Part shown: piece by piece, positions 38,085 to 46,084 of the stretch
Layout: each line of letters starts with the position of its first letter
How positions within the stretch are numbered: the stretch's first letter is position 1
NCBI GenBank assembly: GCA_040902555.1
Contig: JBBDXC010000010.1
Coordinates: 2,309 to 66,308 of the forward strand
Reading direction: 5' to 3'
DNA from: Dehalococcoidia bacterium
GTDB taxonomy: Bacteria > Chloroflexota > Dehalococcoidia > WHTO01
Length of the DNA stretch: 64,000 nt
Made by a program: the position numbers and the translations under genes
Notes under the pieces: model-generated
Databases searched by the model: none
Told to the model about the DNA's origin: nothing
The model's input: only the letters and a program-made list of their open reading frames with translations

Positions 38085-38756
38085 GTGAGAGCAACCATCC
38101 TCCTCCTTATGGCCGTGGCCGCGGCGGTCTTTAGCCTGTCAGGCAGCTCAGCCGGACCGTATTACGGGCAGACCTGCGACGGGGATCCGGTTACCAACAA
38201 CAACACGCCCACGGCGGGCGATGATGTGCTGGTCGGCACTTCTGGTGCGGACAACATCAACGGCGGCGGCGGCCGCGACAAGATCTGCGGTGGGCCGGGC
38301 GCCGACCTCCTTTCCGGGGGCGCCGGGGCAGACGAGCTCTTCGGCGAGGGCGGCAACGACCGCCTCTTCGGCGGCGGCGCCGTTGACACCCTGAGCGGCG
38401 GGCCCGGGACGAAGGACCGCTGTGATGGCGGGGCCGGGTTGGAAACATCGCTCAACTGCGAGATCTTCACCAACCTGACTGTGAAGACGGCCCCTGGCTT
38501 GGAGTTCGCACCCACTACCTTCACGGTCCCGCGGTCCAAGCAGATCAACGTGACACTGAACAACCTCGGCGGGACCCACAACATCGACTTCTACCAGGGC
38601 ACGGACTCATCTGGGGTCTTTGTGGCCGGCACGGATCTCGCCAACGGCCCGAACATCGACGACGTAACCTTCACGACGCCTTCCGAGCCGGGTTCGTACT
38701 ACTACGAGTGCGCGCTCCACGGCTCAGGTATGAGCGGCACCTGGGTGGTGCAGTAA
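38085..38756 (+). CDS. Secreted protein with RTX-type glycine-rich repeats and a C-terminal type-1 copper (cupredoxin) domain, paralog 2
   Basis: GTG at 38085 with AGGA 5 nt upstream; signal peptide; repeats GTSGADNINGGGGRDKICGGPGADLLSGGAGADELFGEGGNDRLFGGGAVDTLSGGPG; copper ligands THNIDF ... YYYECALHGSGMSG. Confidence 0.75.
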   Translation: MRATILLLMAVAAAVFSLSGSSAGPYYGQTCDGDPVTNNNTPTAGDDVLVGTSGADNINGGGGRDKICGGPGADLLSGGAGADELFGEGGNDRLFGGGAVDTLSGGPGTKDRCDGGAGLETSLNCEIFTNLTVKTAPGLEFAPTTFTVPRSKQINVTLNNLGGTHNIDFYQGTDSSGVFVAGTDLANGPNIDDVTFTTPSEPGSYYYECALHGSGMSGTWVVQ

Positions 38757-38790
38757 CCCGCGCGTCAAATCCTGTCGCGGCGACACTCTA

Positions 38791-38830
38791 GCGTCAGAGA
38801 GGAAGAGCCCTCTCTGACGCTTTTCTTTAT
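38791..38830 (+). terminator. Rho-independent terminator after cupredoxin paralog 2
   Basis: GCGTCAGAGAGG / CCTCTCTGACGC stem with short loop, followed by TTTTCTTTAT. Confidence 0.75.
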
Positions 38831-38961
38831 CCCATAGCCCTCGGCCGCGGCCGTGCACCCGCAAGCAGAAAGGAACAGGCAATCAACCTTCTCACCACAA
38901 CCCTTGGACAACTCAACATCGACGCGCCTCGCCATTTGGCGGACTCACGGTATGGCCCCTG

Positions 38962-39879
38962 ATGAAACCGGGCCTGCCCGCGCCGCCCGACTACCTGACG
39001 CTGGATCAGGCGCTGGCCTCCGGCTTTCTGAAGATCTCTGAGGTCTCAGCCGGCGGTAGCGTGCCGAATTTAAGGGCCGAGAACCTCGGGGCGCGTTCCG
39101 TGCTCCTCCTAGACGGCGAAGAGCTGGTCGGCGCCAAGCAGAACCGCGTCCTCAACCTAACGCTGCTTCTCGCGGCGAACAGCACCACCACGATCCCGGT
39201 CTCCTGCGTGGAGGCAGGACGCTGGAGCTCGCGGAGCGCCGAGTTCGCCAGCGCGCAGCGCATGCACTTCGCGGCCGGCCGGGCTAAGCGCCAGGAACAC
39301 GTCACGGAGTCGCTCAATCTGCGCGGCGACCGGCGCTCGCGGCAGGGTGAGGTCTGGGAGGAGATCGCCGCCAAGTCGAGTGAGCTATCAGCGCCCTCGG
39401 CGACCGGGGCCATGGCGGACATCTACCAGAAGCACCAGCACACGGTGGACGAGTACACGTCGGCCTTTTCGGTCTCATCCGAGCAGGTGGGGGCGGTCTT
39501 CGCCGTCGGAGGCGACGTGCTGGGCTGCGAAGTCTTCGAGCATCCAGATGTTCTCCAACGCGTCTTCCCCAAGCTGCTCGGTAGCTACGCCCTCGAGGCC
39601 GTGGGCAAGGCGGCCGGTGGTGAACCCGCGGAGGGCGCGGCGCGAATCTTTCTCGAGAGCGTTGCCGCCGCTAACTACCGCGAGTTTCCGGCCCTCGGCC
39701 TGGGAAGAGATATGCGCATATCCGGCGACTCAATCACTGGCGGCGGACTGCTGCTGGACGAGAGGTTCGTCCACATGGCCGCCTTCCGCCAGGCTGGCTC
39801 GACGGCACGTCGCACCGCCGGGGCGACCGGCATGGCGCGCCCCAGCCAGCGCGCGCGGAGGCCAGCCTCCGATAGGTGA
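38962..39879 (+). CDS. Hypothetical protein (conserved-looking N-terminal domain, Arg-rich C-terminus)
   Basis: 305-aa ORF with GC-rich third positions; no motif I can assign to a named family. Confidence 0.6.
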   Translation: MKPGLPAPPDYLTLDQALASGFLKISEVSAGGSVPNLRAENLGARSVLLLDGEELVGAKQNRVLNLTLLLAANSTTTIPVSCVEAGRWSSRSAEFASAQRMHFAAGRAKRQEHVTESLNLRGDRRSRQGEVWEEIAAKSSELSAPSATGAMADIYQKHQHTVDEYTSAFSVSSEQVGAVFAVGGDVLGCEVFEHPDVLQRVFPKLLGSYALEAVGKAAGGEPAEGAARIFLESVAAANYREFPALGLGRDMRISGDSITGGGLLLDERFVHMAAFRQAGSTARRTAGATGMARPSQRARRPASDR

Positions 39880-40115
39880 GCCGTAGGGCACCTAAACTAC
39901 TGTGTAGTCGCGAGTCTCTCAGACTCGCTGGACTTTGACCGAGACGCACTGTCCACGCCAGATGAAAGGCGCCCGTTAAATGTGTCAGGGAACGCTCTCC
40001 CTGCTACTTCTTAAGGCCAACAGCGAGAATCGAGCGGCCGGTGTGGGCGGGCCGACGGCGGGTCTGAGACACCGCGACTACACGAGGGCTCATCGACGAG
40101 GTGTCCGCGTGACCC

Positions 40116-40958
40116 TCAGACGGCGCGGACGCGGTTGGTCAGGACGCCGATTCCGGAGACTTCGGATTCCACGAGGTCCCCGTCCTTCAGCCACTCCGGC
40201 GGGGTGCGGGCGAAGCCGACGCCGCTGGGCGTTCCCGTGGCGATGATGTCGCCCGGCTCCAGGGTCAGGCCCTGGCTGAGGACGCTGATGATGGTAGCCA
40301 CATCGAAGATCATCTGCGCGGTGCTGGCCGACTGTTTCTCAACTCCGTTGACCCGACAGGCGAGCTGGAGCTGCTGCGGATCGGGGACCTCGTCAGCCGT
40401 GAGGATGCAGGGGCCGATTGGGCACGAGCCGTCGAGGCCCTTGCCCTTGAACCACTGCCTGTGCCGGCTCTGGATGTCGCGGCTCGTCACGTCGTTGACG
40501 ATCGTGTAGCCGAAGACGTAGCCGAGGGCTGTCTCAGGAGTGACATCCCGGCACTCGGCGCCGATGACAACGCCCAGCTCAACCTCCCAGTCGAGCTGTT
40601 CGGAGACTCCGCGGTGAAGAAGGATGTCACCGCCGGGCGGCACCACGGCCGTGGGCGGCTTGGTGAAGAAGACAGGCACGTCCTGACTGGAGACATCGCG
40701 GCCGAAGGTGCGGTTGCCCTCGGCAACGTGATCTGAGTAATTGAGTCCTACACAGAAGATGTTCTTGCGTGGGCGGGGTATGGGGGCCAGGAGCTGCACA
40801 TCCTTCAGCTTGAGGATGCTGCCCGTCTCGAAGGTCGACGGTTCAGGCGTTTGCTCGATCAGCTCAACCATGTCGGGCACGCTGAGGACGCAGACCTCGC
40901 CATCGAGGAGCTCGCCGATCTGGCGGCGGCCGCCGTGGATGAACGATACGAGCTTCAC
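40116..40958 (-). CDS. Fumarylacetoacetate hydrolase (FAH) family protein
   Basis: Conserved FAH regions (IFCVGLNYSDHVAEG..., DWEVELGVVIG..., GDIIATGTPSGVG); GTG at 40958, 5 nt after the rfbB stop (ORF track start 41075). Confidence 0.85.
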   Translation of the reverse strand: MKLVSFIHGGRRQIGELLDGEVCVLSVPDMVELIEQTPEPSTFETGSILKLKDVQLLAPIPRPRKNIFCVGLNYSDHVAEGNRTFGRDVSSQDVPVFFTKPPTAVVPPGGDILLHRGVSEQLDWEVELGVVIGAECRDVTPETALGYVFGYTIVNDVTSRDIQSRHRQWFKGKGLDGSCPIGPCILTADEVPDPQQLQLACRVNGVEKQSASTAQMIFDVATIISVLSQGLTLEPGDIIATGTPSGVGFARTPPEWLKDGDLVESEVSGIGVLTNRVRAV

Positions 40959-40963
40959 GGGCG

Positions 40964-41992
40964 TTAGCCGCCGCGTCCGGCGGCGGCGAAGCGCTCGCCG
41001 TACTGCTGCTCGTAGTAACGCTTGTAGTCTCCCGACTTGATCGGTTCCCACCACCAGTGGTTGTCTACATACCACTGGACGGTGGTGTCCAGGGCGCGCT
41101 CCAGGTCGAATTCCCGCTTCCAGCCCAGCGCCCGCAGCTTCGCGCCGTCCATGTAGTAGTGGCGGTCGTGGCCGGCACGGTCTTCCACCGGGACGATCAA
41201 GTCACGGCTGGCGCCGAGCCTATCGAGGATGAACTCGACGACGTAGCGGTTGTTGCAAGGGTTTCCGGCCCAGACGTTGTAGGCCTCGCCGGCCCTCCCT
41301 TCGTGGAGCACGAGATCGATGGCCGCGCAGTGGTCTGTGACGAAGAGCCGGTCACGCACCTGCTCGCCGTCGCCGTAGAGCGGCAACGGCTGCCCCTCGA
41401 TGGCGTTGGTGGTGAAGAGCGGGATCGCCTTCTCCGGATACTGGTAGGGACCGATGGTGTTGGCGCCGCGGGTGATGACCACGGGCAGCCCGTAGCTGCG
41501 GAAGAACGATGCAGCGAGCAGTTCTCCGCCCGTCTTGCTGGCTGCGTATGGACTGCTGGGATTAAATGGCGCGTCTTCCCTGGAGGGGTTCTCCGGGCCG
41601 ACGGGGCCGTAGACCTCGTCGGTGGAAACGTGGAGGAAGCGCTTGACGCCGTTTTCGCGTGCGGCTGTGAGCAGGGCGTACGTGCCAAATACATTGGTGG
41701 CGATGAACTCTGCCCCGCTGATCAGGCTGCGGTCTACGTGGCTTTCGGCGGCGAAATGGACGACGAGGTCTATGTCTCGCATCAGGTCGGCCATCTGCGG
41801 CGCGTCGGCGATATCGGCCTGGACGAAGCGGTAGCGCTCATCGCCCTCGACGTCTCGCAGGTTGGCCAAATTGCCGGCGTAAGTCAGCTTGTCGACGTTC
41901 GTAATGCGCCAATCCGGGTGCCGCTCTAAAGCCCAGCGCACGTAGTTGGAGCCGATGAAGCCGCAACCGCCGGTGACCAGGACGCTCGTCAC
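40964..41992 (-). CDS. rfbB: dTDP-glucose 4,6-dehydratase
   Basis: SDR-type motifs (VLVTGGCGFIGSNYV, YAASK) and conserved RfbB C-terminal region; GTG start overlaps the rfbA stop (GTGA). Confidence 0.9.
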   Translation of the reverse strand: MTSVLVTGGCGFIGSNYVRWALERHPDWRITNVDKLTYAGNLANLRDVEGDERYRFVQADIADAPQMADLMRDIDLVVHFAAESHVDRSLISGAEFIATNVFGTYALLTAARENGVKRFLHVSTDEVYGPVGPENPSREDAPFNPSSPYAASKTGGELLAASFFRSYGLPVVITRGANTIGPYQYPEKAIPLFTTNAIEGQPLPLYGDGEQVRDRLFVTDHCAAIDLVLHEGRAGEAYNVWAGNPCNNRYVVEFILDRLGASRDLIVPVEDRAGHDRHYYMDGAKLRALGWKREFDLERALDTTVQWYVDNHWWWEPIKSGDYKRYYEQQYGERFAAAGRGG

Positions 41993-43056
41993 GGCAGCCT
42001 CCCCTGGCTGTGGTCGCCAAGCTGAAGGGCGTAGCTCTCCGAGCCGCCGCGAAGGTGGACAAAGCGCCCGATGATGCTCTCGTTGAAGGGACGATCGCAC
42101 TCCTCGAGCGTCGAGTCCTGCATCACGATCGAACGGTTGACGACCACGTTTCGCAGGACGCAGCGGTCGTGGATAGACGTCGAGGGCCCCACGATTGAAC
42201 TCTCGACCAGCGTGTCGCGTCCGATGATGGCCGGCCCGTTGATCACGCTCTGAACCACGCGTGCCCCGGATTCGAGAACGACGGGACCATTTACAAATGA
42301 CTGGGCGTCAATTTCGCCATCCAGCCGCCGGCTCAAGGAAGCCAGCGCCACCTCGTTGGCCTCGAGGAGGTCATCGAACTTGCCGGTGTCGATCCAGCGG
42401 CCCTCGACAGTGGCGGCGCGTACCTTCTTCCCACTATCGAGCAGGCTCTGAATGGCGTCGGTGATCTCCAGCTCCCCGCGGGCAGATGGTTGGATGCTAC
42501 GGGCAGCGGTGAAGATAGAGCTGTCGAACATGTAGATGCCGATGACCGCCAGGTCACTGACAAACTCCTGTGGCTTTTCGACCAGCCGTTTCACCTGCTC
42601 GTGCTCGACCACGGCCACGCCCAGGCCCGTCGGATCAGCGACACGCTTGAGCAGAATCTGGGCGCTGCAGGATTCGTCAAACGTCTCCGTATACGGCGTA
42701 ATCCCACCGACCAGGAAGTTGTCTCCCAGCATCAGAACGAACGGATTCCCGTCAAGGAAGGCCTCTCCCGTAAGGACGCCGTCGGCAAGTCCCCGCGGCG
42801 CTTCCTGGGTTATGCACTCGATACTGGCGCCGAAGGCACTACCGTCGCCCACAGCCGCGCGGATCTGGTCGCCCGTGTCACCGACGATGATGCCAATCTC
42901 GGTTATGCCGGCCTCGACCAACTGCTCTATTCCGTAGAAGAGGACAGGCTTATTGGCCAGTGGGACCAGTTGCTTGGCACCTGTGTAAGTGAATGGCCGC
43001 AGGCGACTGCCCTTGCCACCGGAAAGGATCAGCCCCTTCAGCTTGCGTGCGGGCAT
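41989..43056 (-). CDS. rfbA: Glucose-1-phosphate thymidylyltransferase (long form with left-handed beta-helix C-terminus)
   Basis: N-terminal nucleotidyltransferase signature (KGLILSGGKGSRLRPFTYTGAKQLVPLANKP) followed by hexapeptide-repeat region. Confidence 0.9.
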   Translation of the reverse strand: MPARKLKGLILSGGKGSRLRPFTYTGAKQLVPLANKPVLFYGIEQLVEAGITEIGIIVGDTGDQIRAAVGDGSAFGASIECITQEAPRGLADGVLTGEAFLDGNPFVLMLGDNFLVGGITPYTETFDESCSAQILLKRVADPTGLGVAVVEHEQVKRLVEKPQEFVSDLAVIGIYMFDSSIFTAARSIQPSARGELEITDAIQSLLDSGKKVRAATVEGRWIDTGKFDDLLEANEVALASLSRRLDGEIDAQSFVNGPVVLESGARVVQSVINGPAIIGRDTLVESSIVGPSTSIHDRCVLRNVVVNRSIVMQDSTLEECDRPFNESIIGRFVHLRGGSESYALQLGDHSQGRLP

Positions 43057-43117
43057 CGCGGTTGATCATAGATGACTACCCGCGCGAGCCCAATCTCAAG
43101 ATGCGGCCCGCGAATCC

Positions 43118-44005
43118 TCAGGGAGACGCCTTGCCAAGCACCTCGTGAAGCTGGTGGACGCCGTCCTTGCCCTTGAGCTCGACTCCGAACTGCCCGCCGA
43201 AGGCAAAGCTGTCGTCGAGCAGGGTCTTTACATCATCGGTGACGAGGAACCGGGTGCCGGTCTCCTTCACGGCGTCCTGGACGCGAGAGGCCGTGTTCAC
43301 AACGTCCCCGATAACGTTGAGCGAGGACTTGTTGTAGTAGCCGACCTGACCGATGACGGCGTGGCCCCAGGCGATACCGATTCCAATGCGCAACGGGAAC
43401 TCGAACTGTTCCTGCGAGAAGGCGTCGAAGGCCTCGGCCGTGGCCAGCATCTGCAAGGCGCAGTTGACGGCGTGCTCCGCCGCGTGGCGCCTGTCGAGAT
43501 CCTCGAAGAGGCAGGCCATGCCGTCGCCGAGGAAAGCGATGACCTGCCCGTGGTTGAGCTCCACCACTGTGCCCATGCGGTCGAAGTAGCGATTCAGGAG
43601 GTGGAGGACATCGAAGGCAAGGCGCTGCTGGGCAAAGTTTGTGAAGCCACGGATGTCGCTAAAGAGGATCGCGACCTCGCGTTCCCGAGCCAGTCCCTCA
43701 GGGCGGAGCTCAGCGCCCTTCTGGGCCAGTAGCCGGCGGACGGTTACGTCTCCGTGAGGCACCAGCTGGCAGGCGAGCCGGACATCTTCGCCGAAGCGGC
43801 TGATCTTGAGGACCTGGGCCTCGGCCTCGGCGCGAGGCGGGCAGTTCTCCTGGCCGGCCAGGACCTCGACGCGGCAGGTGGTACAGCGGGCTTGACCACC
43901 GCAGGCGTGCATATGCTGGAGCCCATGCTGGATGGAGGCGTCGAGGACCGACATGCCCTGTGGCACATCGATCACCAGCCCGTCCCCGAAGTCGATGAGT
44001 GGCAT
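43118..44005 (-). CDS. 2Fe-2S ferredoxin domain fused to class III adenylate/guanylate cyclase catalytic domain
   Basis: N-terminal Cys cluster (HACGGQARCTTCRV ... LACQL) typical of plant-type ferredoxins; C-terminal cyclase motifs (VAILFSDIRGFTNF, NVIGDVVNTASR). Confidence 0.8.
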   Translation of the reverse strand: MPLIDFGDGLVIDVPQGMSVLDASIQHGLQHMHACGGQARCTTCRVEVLAGQENCPPRAEAEAQVLKISRFGEDVRLACQLVPHGDVTVRRLLAQKGAELRPEGLAREREVAILFSDIRGFTNFAQQRLAFDVLHLLNRYFDRMGTVVELNHGQVIAFLGDGMACLFEDLDRRHAAEHAVNCALQMLATAEAFDAFSQEQFEFPLRIGIGIAWGHAVIGQVGYYNKSSLNVIGDVVNTASRVQDAVKETGTRFLVTDDVKTLLDDSFAFGGQFGVELKGKDGVHQLHEVLGKASP

Positions 44006-44050
44006 GCCCTCACTGAAGCATTGATGGCGTGCTGGAGCAACCCGCGCGGG

Positions 44051-44989
44051 TTACGAGAGTGAGGCCACGAGCTCGGCGACGGGCTCGTAGCGGTTGAAGG
44101 ACGGGATGAAGTAGACACCCGCCGCCAGCTCGCGGGCCACGGCGTAGAGCTCCTTGGCTATGGCGTCACCCTCGTGGCGCCCGTCCTCGCCGGCCTTCTT
44201 CATGCGCTCGCGGATGTCCTCGGGGATGTCGATACCGGGAAGCTCGCGGTGGAGGAACTCGGCGTGGCGGTAGTTCTGCAAGGGCATGATGCCGACGATG
44301 AAGGGCAGCTTGAGGCCCTTGACCCGCTCGAAGAACTGGTAGAGCGCCTCGGGATTGAAGATGGCCTGCGTCATGAAGAACGACGCCCCGGCCTCTCTTT
44401 TGCGCTTGAGCAGCTTCAATTCCCGTTCAAAGGATGGCGCTGTGGGGCTAACCGAAGCGCCAATCAGGAACTGGGTGGGCTTGCCGATGTCCTTTTCGGC
44501 CCAATCCTTGCCTTCGTTCAGCAGCTTGAGGATGCGCATGAGTCCGGACGAGTTCACGTCCCAGACGCCGATGGCGTCGGCGTAGCCTCCGACCTGAGGC
44601 GGGTCGCCCCGCAGGCAGAGGACGTTGCGGATACCGAGCACGTGCGCGCCCAGCAGGTCGCTGTGAATGGCCATCAGGTTGCGGTCCCGGGTGGTGAAGT
44701 GGACGATGGCCTCGACGCCAAGCTCCTGCTTGAGCAGGACGCCGATGGCGATCGGGCTGACGCGGGCGCGGGCCATGGGGCTGTCGGCCACGTTGACCAC
44801 GTCGACGCCGGCGTCGCGCAGGAGGCGCACGCCGTCGACCACGCGGCGGGATGAGATGCCACGGGGCGGGTCAACCTCGACGCTGACGATAAAGCGCCCG
44901 GCGGCGATCTTCTCGCTGAGGTTGGCTGGTTCGGCCACGGCGTCCTGCTCGCCGGCCGGGGGCGCTTTCAGAGTCGTGGCTTCGTTCAC
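44051..44989 (-). CDS. metF: Methylenetetrahydrofolate reductase
   Basis: 312-aa ORF with conserved MetF-family TIM-barrel regions (FIVSVEVDPPRG..., HFTTRDRN...). Confidence 0.85.
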   Translation of the reverse strand: MNEATTLKAPPAGEQDAVAEPANLSEKIAAGRFIVSVEVDPPRGISSRRVVDGVRLLRDAGVDVVNVADSPMARARVSPIAIGVLLKQELGVEAIVHFTTRDRNLMAIHSDLLGAHVLGIRNVLCLRGDPPQVGGYADAIGVWDVNSSGLMRILKLLNEGKDWAEKDIGKPTQFLIGASVSPTAPSFERELKLLKRKREAGASFFMTQAIFNPEALYQFFERVKGLKLPFIVGIMPLQNYRHAEFLHRELPGIDIPEDIRERMKKAGEDGRHEGDAIAKELYAVARELAAGVYFIPSFNRYEPVAELVASLS

Positions 44990-45174
44990 GCTATAGAGCC
45001 TGACGAATACGAGGGCTGGATGCCAACTTGCTGGTAATGGACCGGACGCAACAGACGCTGCAAGTGGCAGGAGTTGGGCTCGCAGACACGACGAACTTCG
45101 GCGTGTGCGTGACGCTGACGCCTATCATCGGCGTGACTGGATGCGGGCACATTGAAGCGGGAAGGGCATAAGCG

Positions 45175-45543
45175 ATGGTCACCGCAACATGGACGGTCCT
45201 GGCCAGTACCTTCCTTTTGGCAGGGATTTTGGCACTCACGCCGCGAGGAATACATGAGGTTGTCCACGGCTCACTGTCAGAGTGTTTCGTAGACGACACG
45301 CTCGTGGTCGACGGCGATCACAGCAGCGCCACATTGTGGATTGGCCCGGATTGCCAAAAGGTAGTCACGTACGACGACGAACCAGGCCCCGAGTGGGTTG
45401 GCGCCGCATCTGTCTCACGGCAGGGATGGACGGTGTACCGTGCGCAGGAATGCAGGGCTAGAAACCGTCTCCCCGACTTAAGGGTCGCTGGCGCGACGAT
45501 AACACGGACAGCCGGAAACGGTTTGGGAGCGCTCCATTGCTAG
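45175..45543 (+). CDS. Possible small secreted Cys-containing protein (weak call)
   Basis: 122-aa ORF with signal-like N-terminus (WTVLASTFLLAGILALTP) and four Cys; third codon positions less GC-biased than neighbours; sits in a ~600-nt gap between iscA-like and metF. Confidence 0.3.
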   Translation: MVTATWTVLASTFLLAGILALTPRGIHEVVHGSLSECFVDDTLVVDGDHSSATLWIGPDCQKVVTYDDEPGPEWVGAASVSRQGWTVYRAQECRARNRLPDLRVAGATITRTAGNGLGALHC

Positions 45544-45593
45544 GGCAAGAAAGGTTCGACTGCCTGCCAGCGCTCCGTAACCGCCCAAGCGGT

Positions 45594-45950
45594 TTAGCAA
45601 CAGGCGCGGGCGCTGCCGCCACCTTCGGCGGTCTGGAAGCTGGTGCCGCAGGCACAGCTCTTGACAGCGTTGGGGTTGTAGACAGTGAAGCCGCTCTTCA
45701 TCAGGTCTTCGACGTAGTCGACCTGGGCACCCTCAAGGAGCGGGGCGCTGTCGGGGTCCATGACGACCTTGACGCCCTCGTACTCGAGGATGATGTCCTC
45801 GGTCTCGATCTCGGGGGCCAGCGCCATGCCGTACTGGTAGCCGGCGCAGCCGCCGCCGACGACGAACACCCTGAGGGCGCCCGCCGACATTTCCTTCTCC
45901 ACAAGGAGATTGCGAACCTTGTCGGCCGCCTTTTCAGTAATAGTCAGCAT
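45594..45950 (-). CDS. Iron-sulfur cluster insertion protein (IscA/ErpA A-type carrier)
   Basis: Conserved A-type carrier motifs (LRVFVVGGGCAGYQYGMA ... FTVYNPNAVKSCACGTSF); start taken at internal ATG (MLTITEKA); ORF track start 46034. Confidence 0.8.
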   Translation of the reverse strand: MLTITEKAADKVRNLLVEKEMSAGALRVFVVGGGCAGYQYGMALAPEIETEDIILEYEGVKVVMDPDSAPLLEGAQVDYVEDLMKSGFTVYNPNAVKSCACGTSFQTAEGGGSARACC

Positions 45951-46084
45951 CGTTACCTCGCGCCGGTGGCCACGACGGGCGGCCGGCTCCATTCCTATCA
46001 ATTGTATAGTGCCCGCGCAAACCCTGCCGGGCATCTTAAGCGGGGAGCGCCCACGCTGTAGCCTGTATAGCAGACTGCGCCGAG

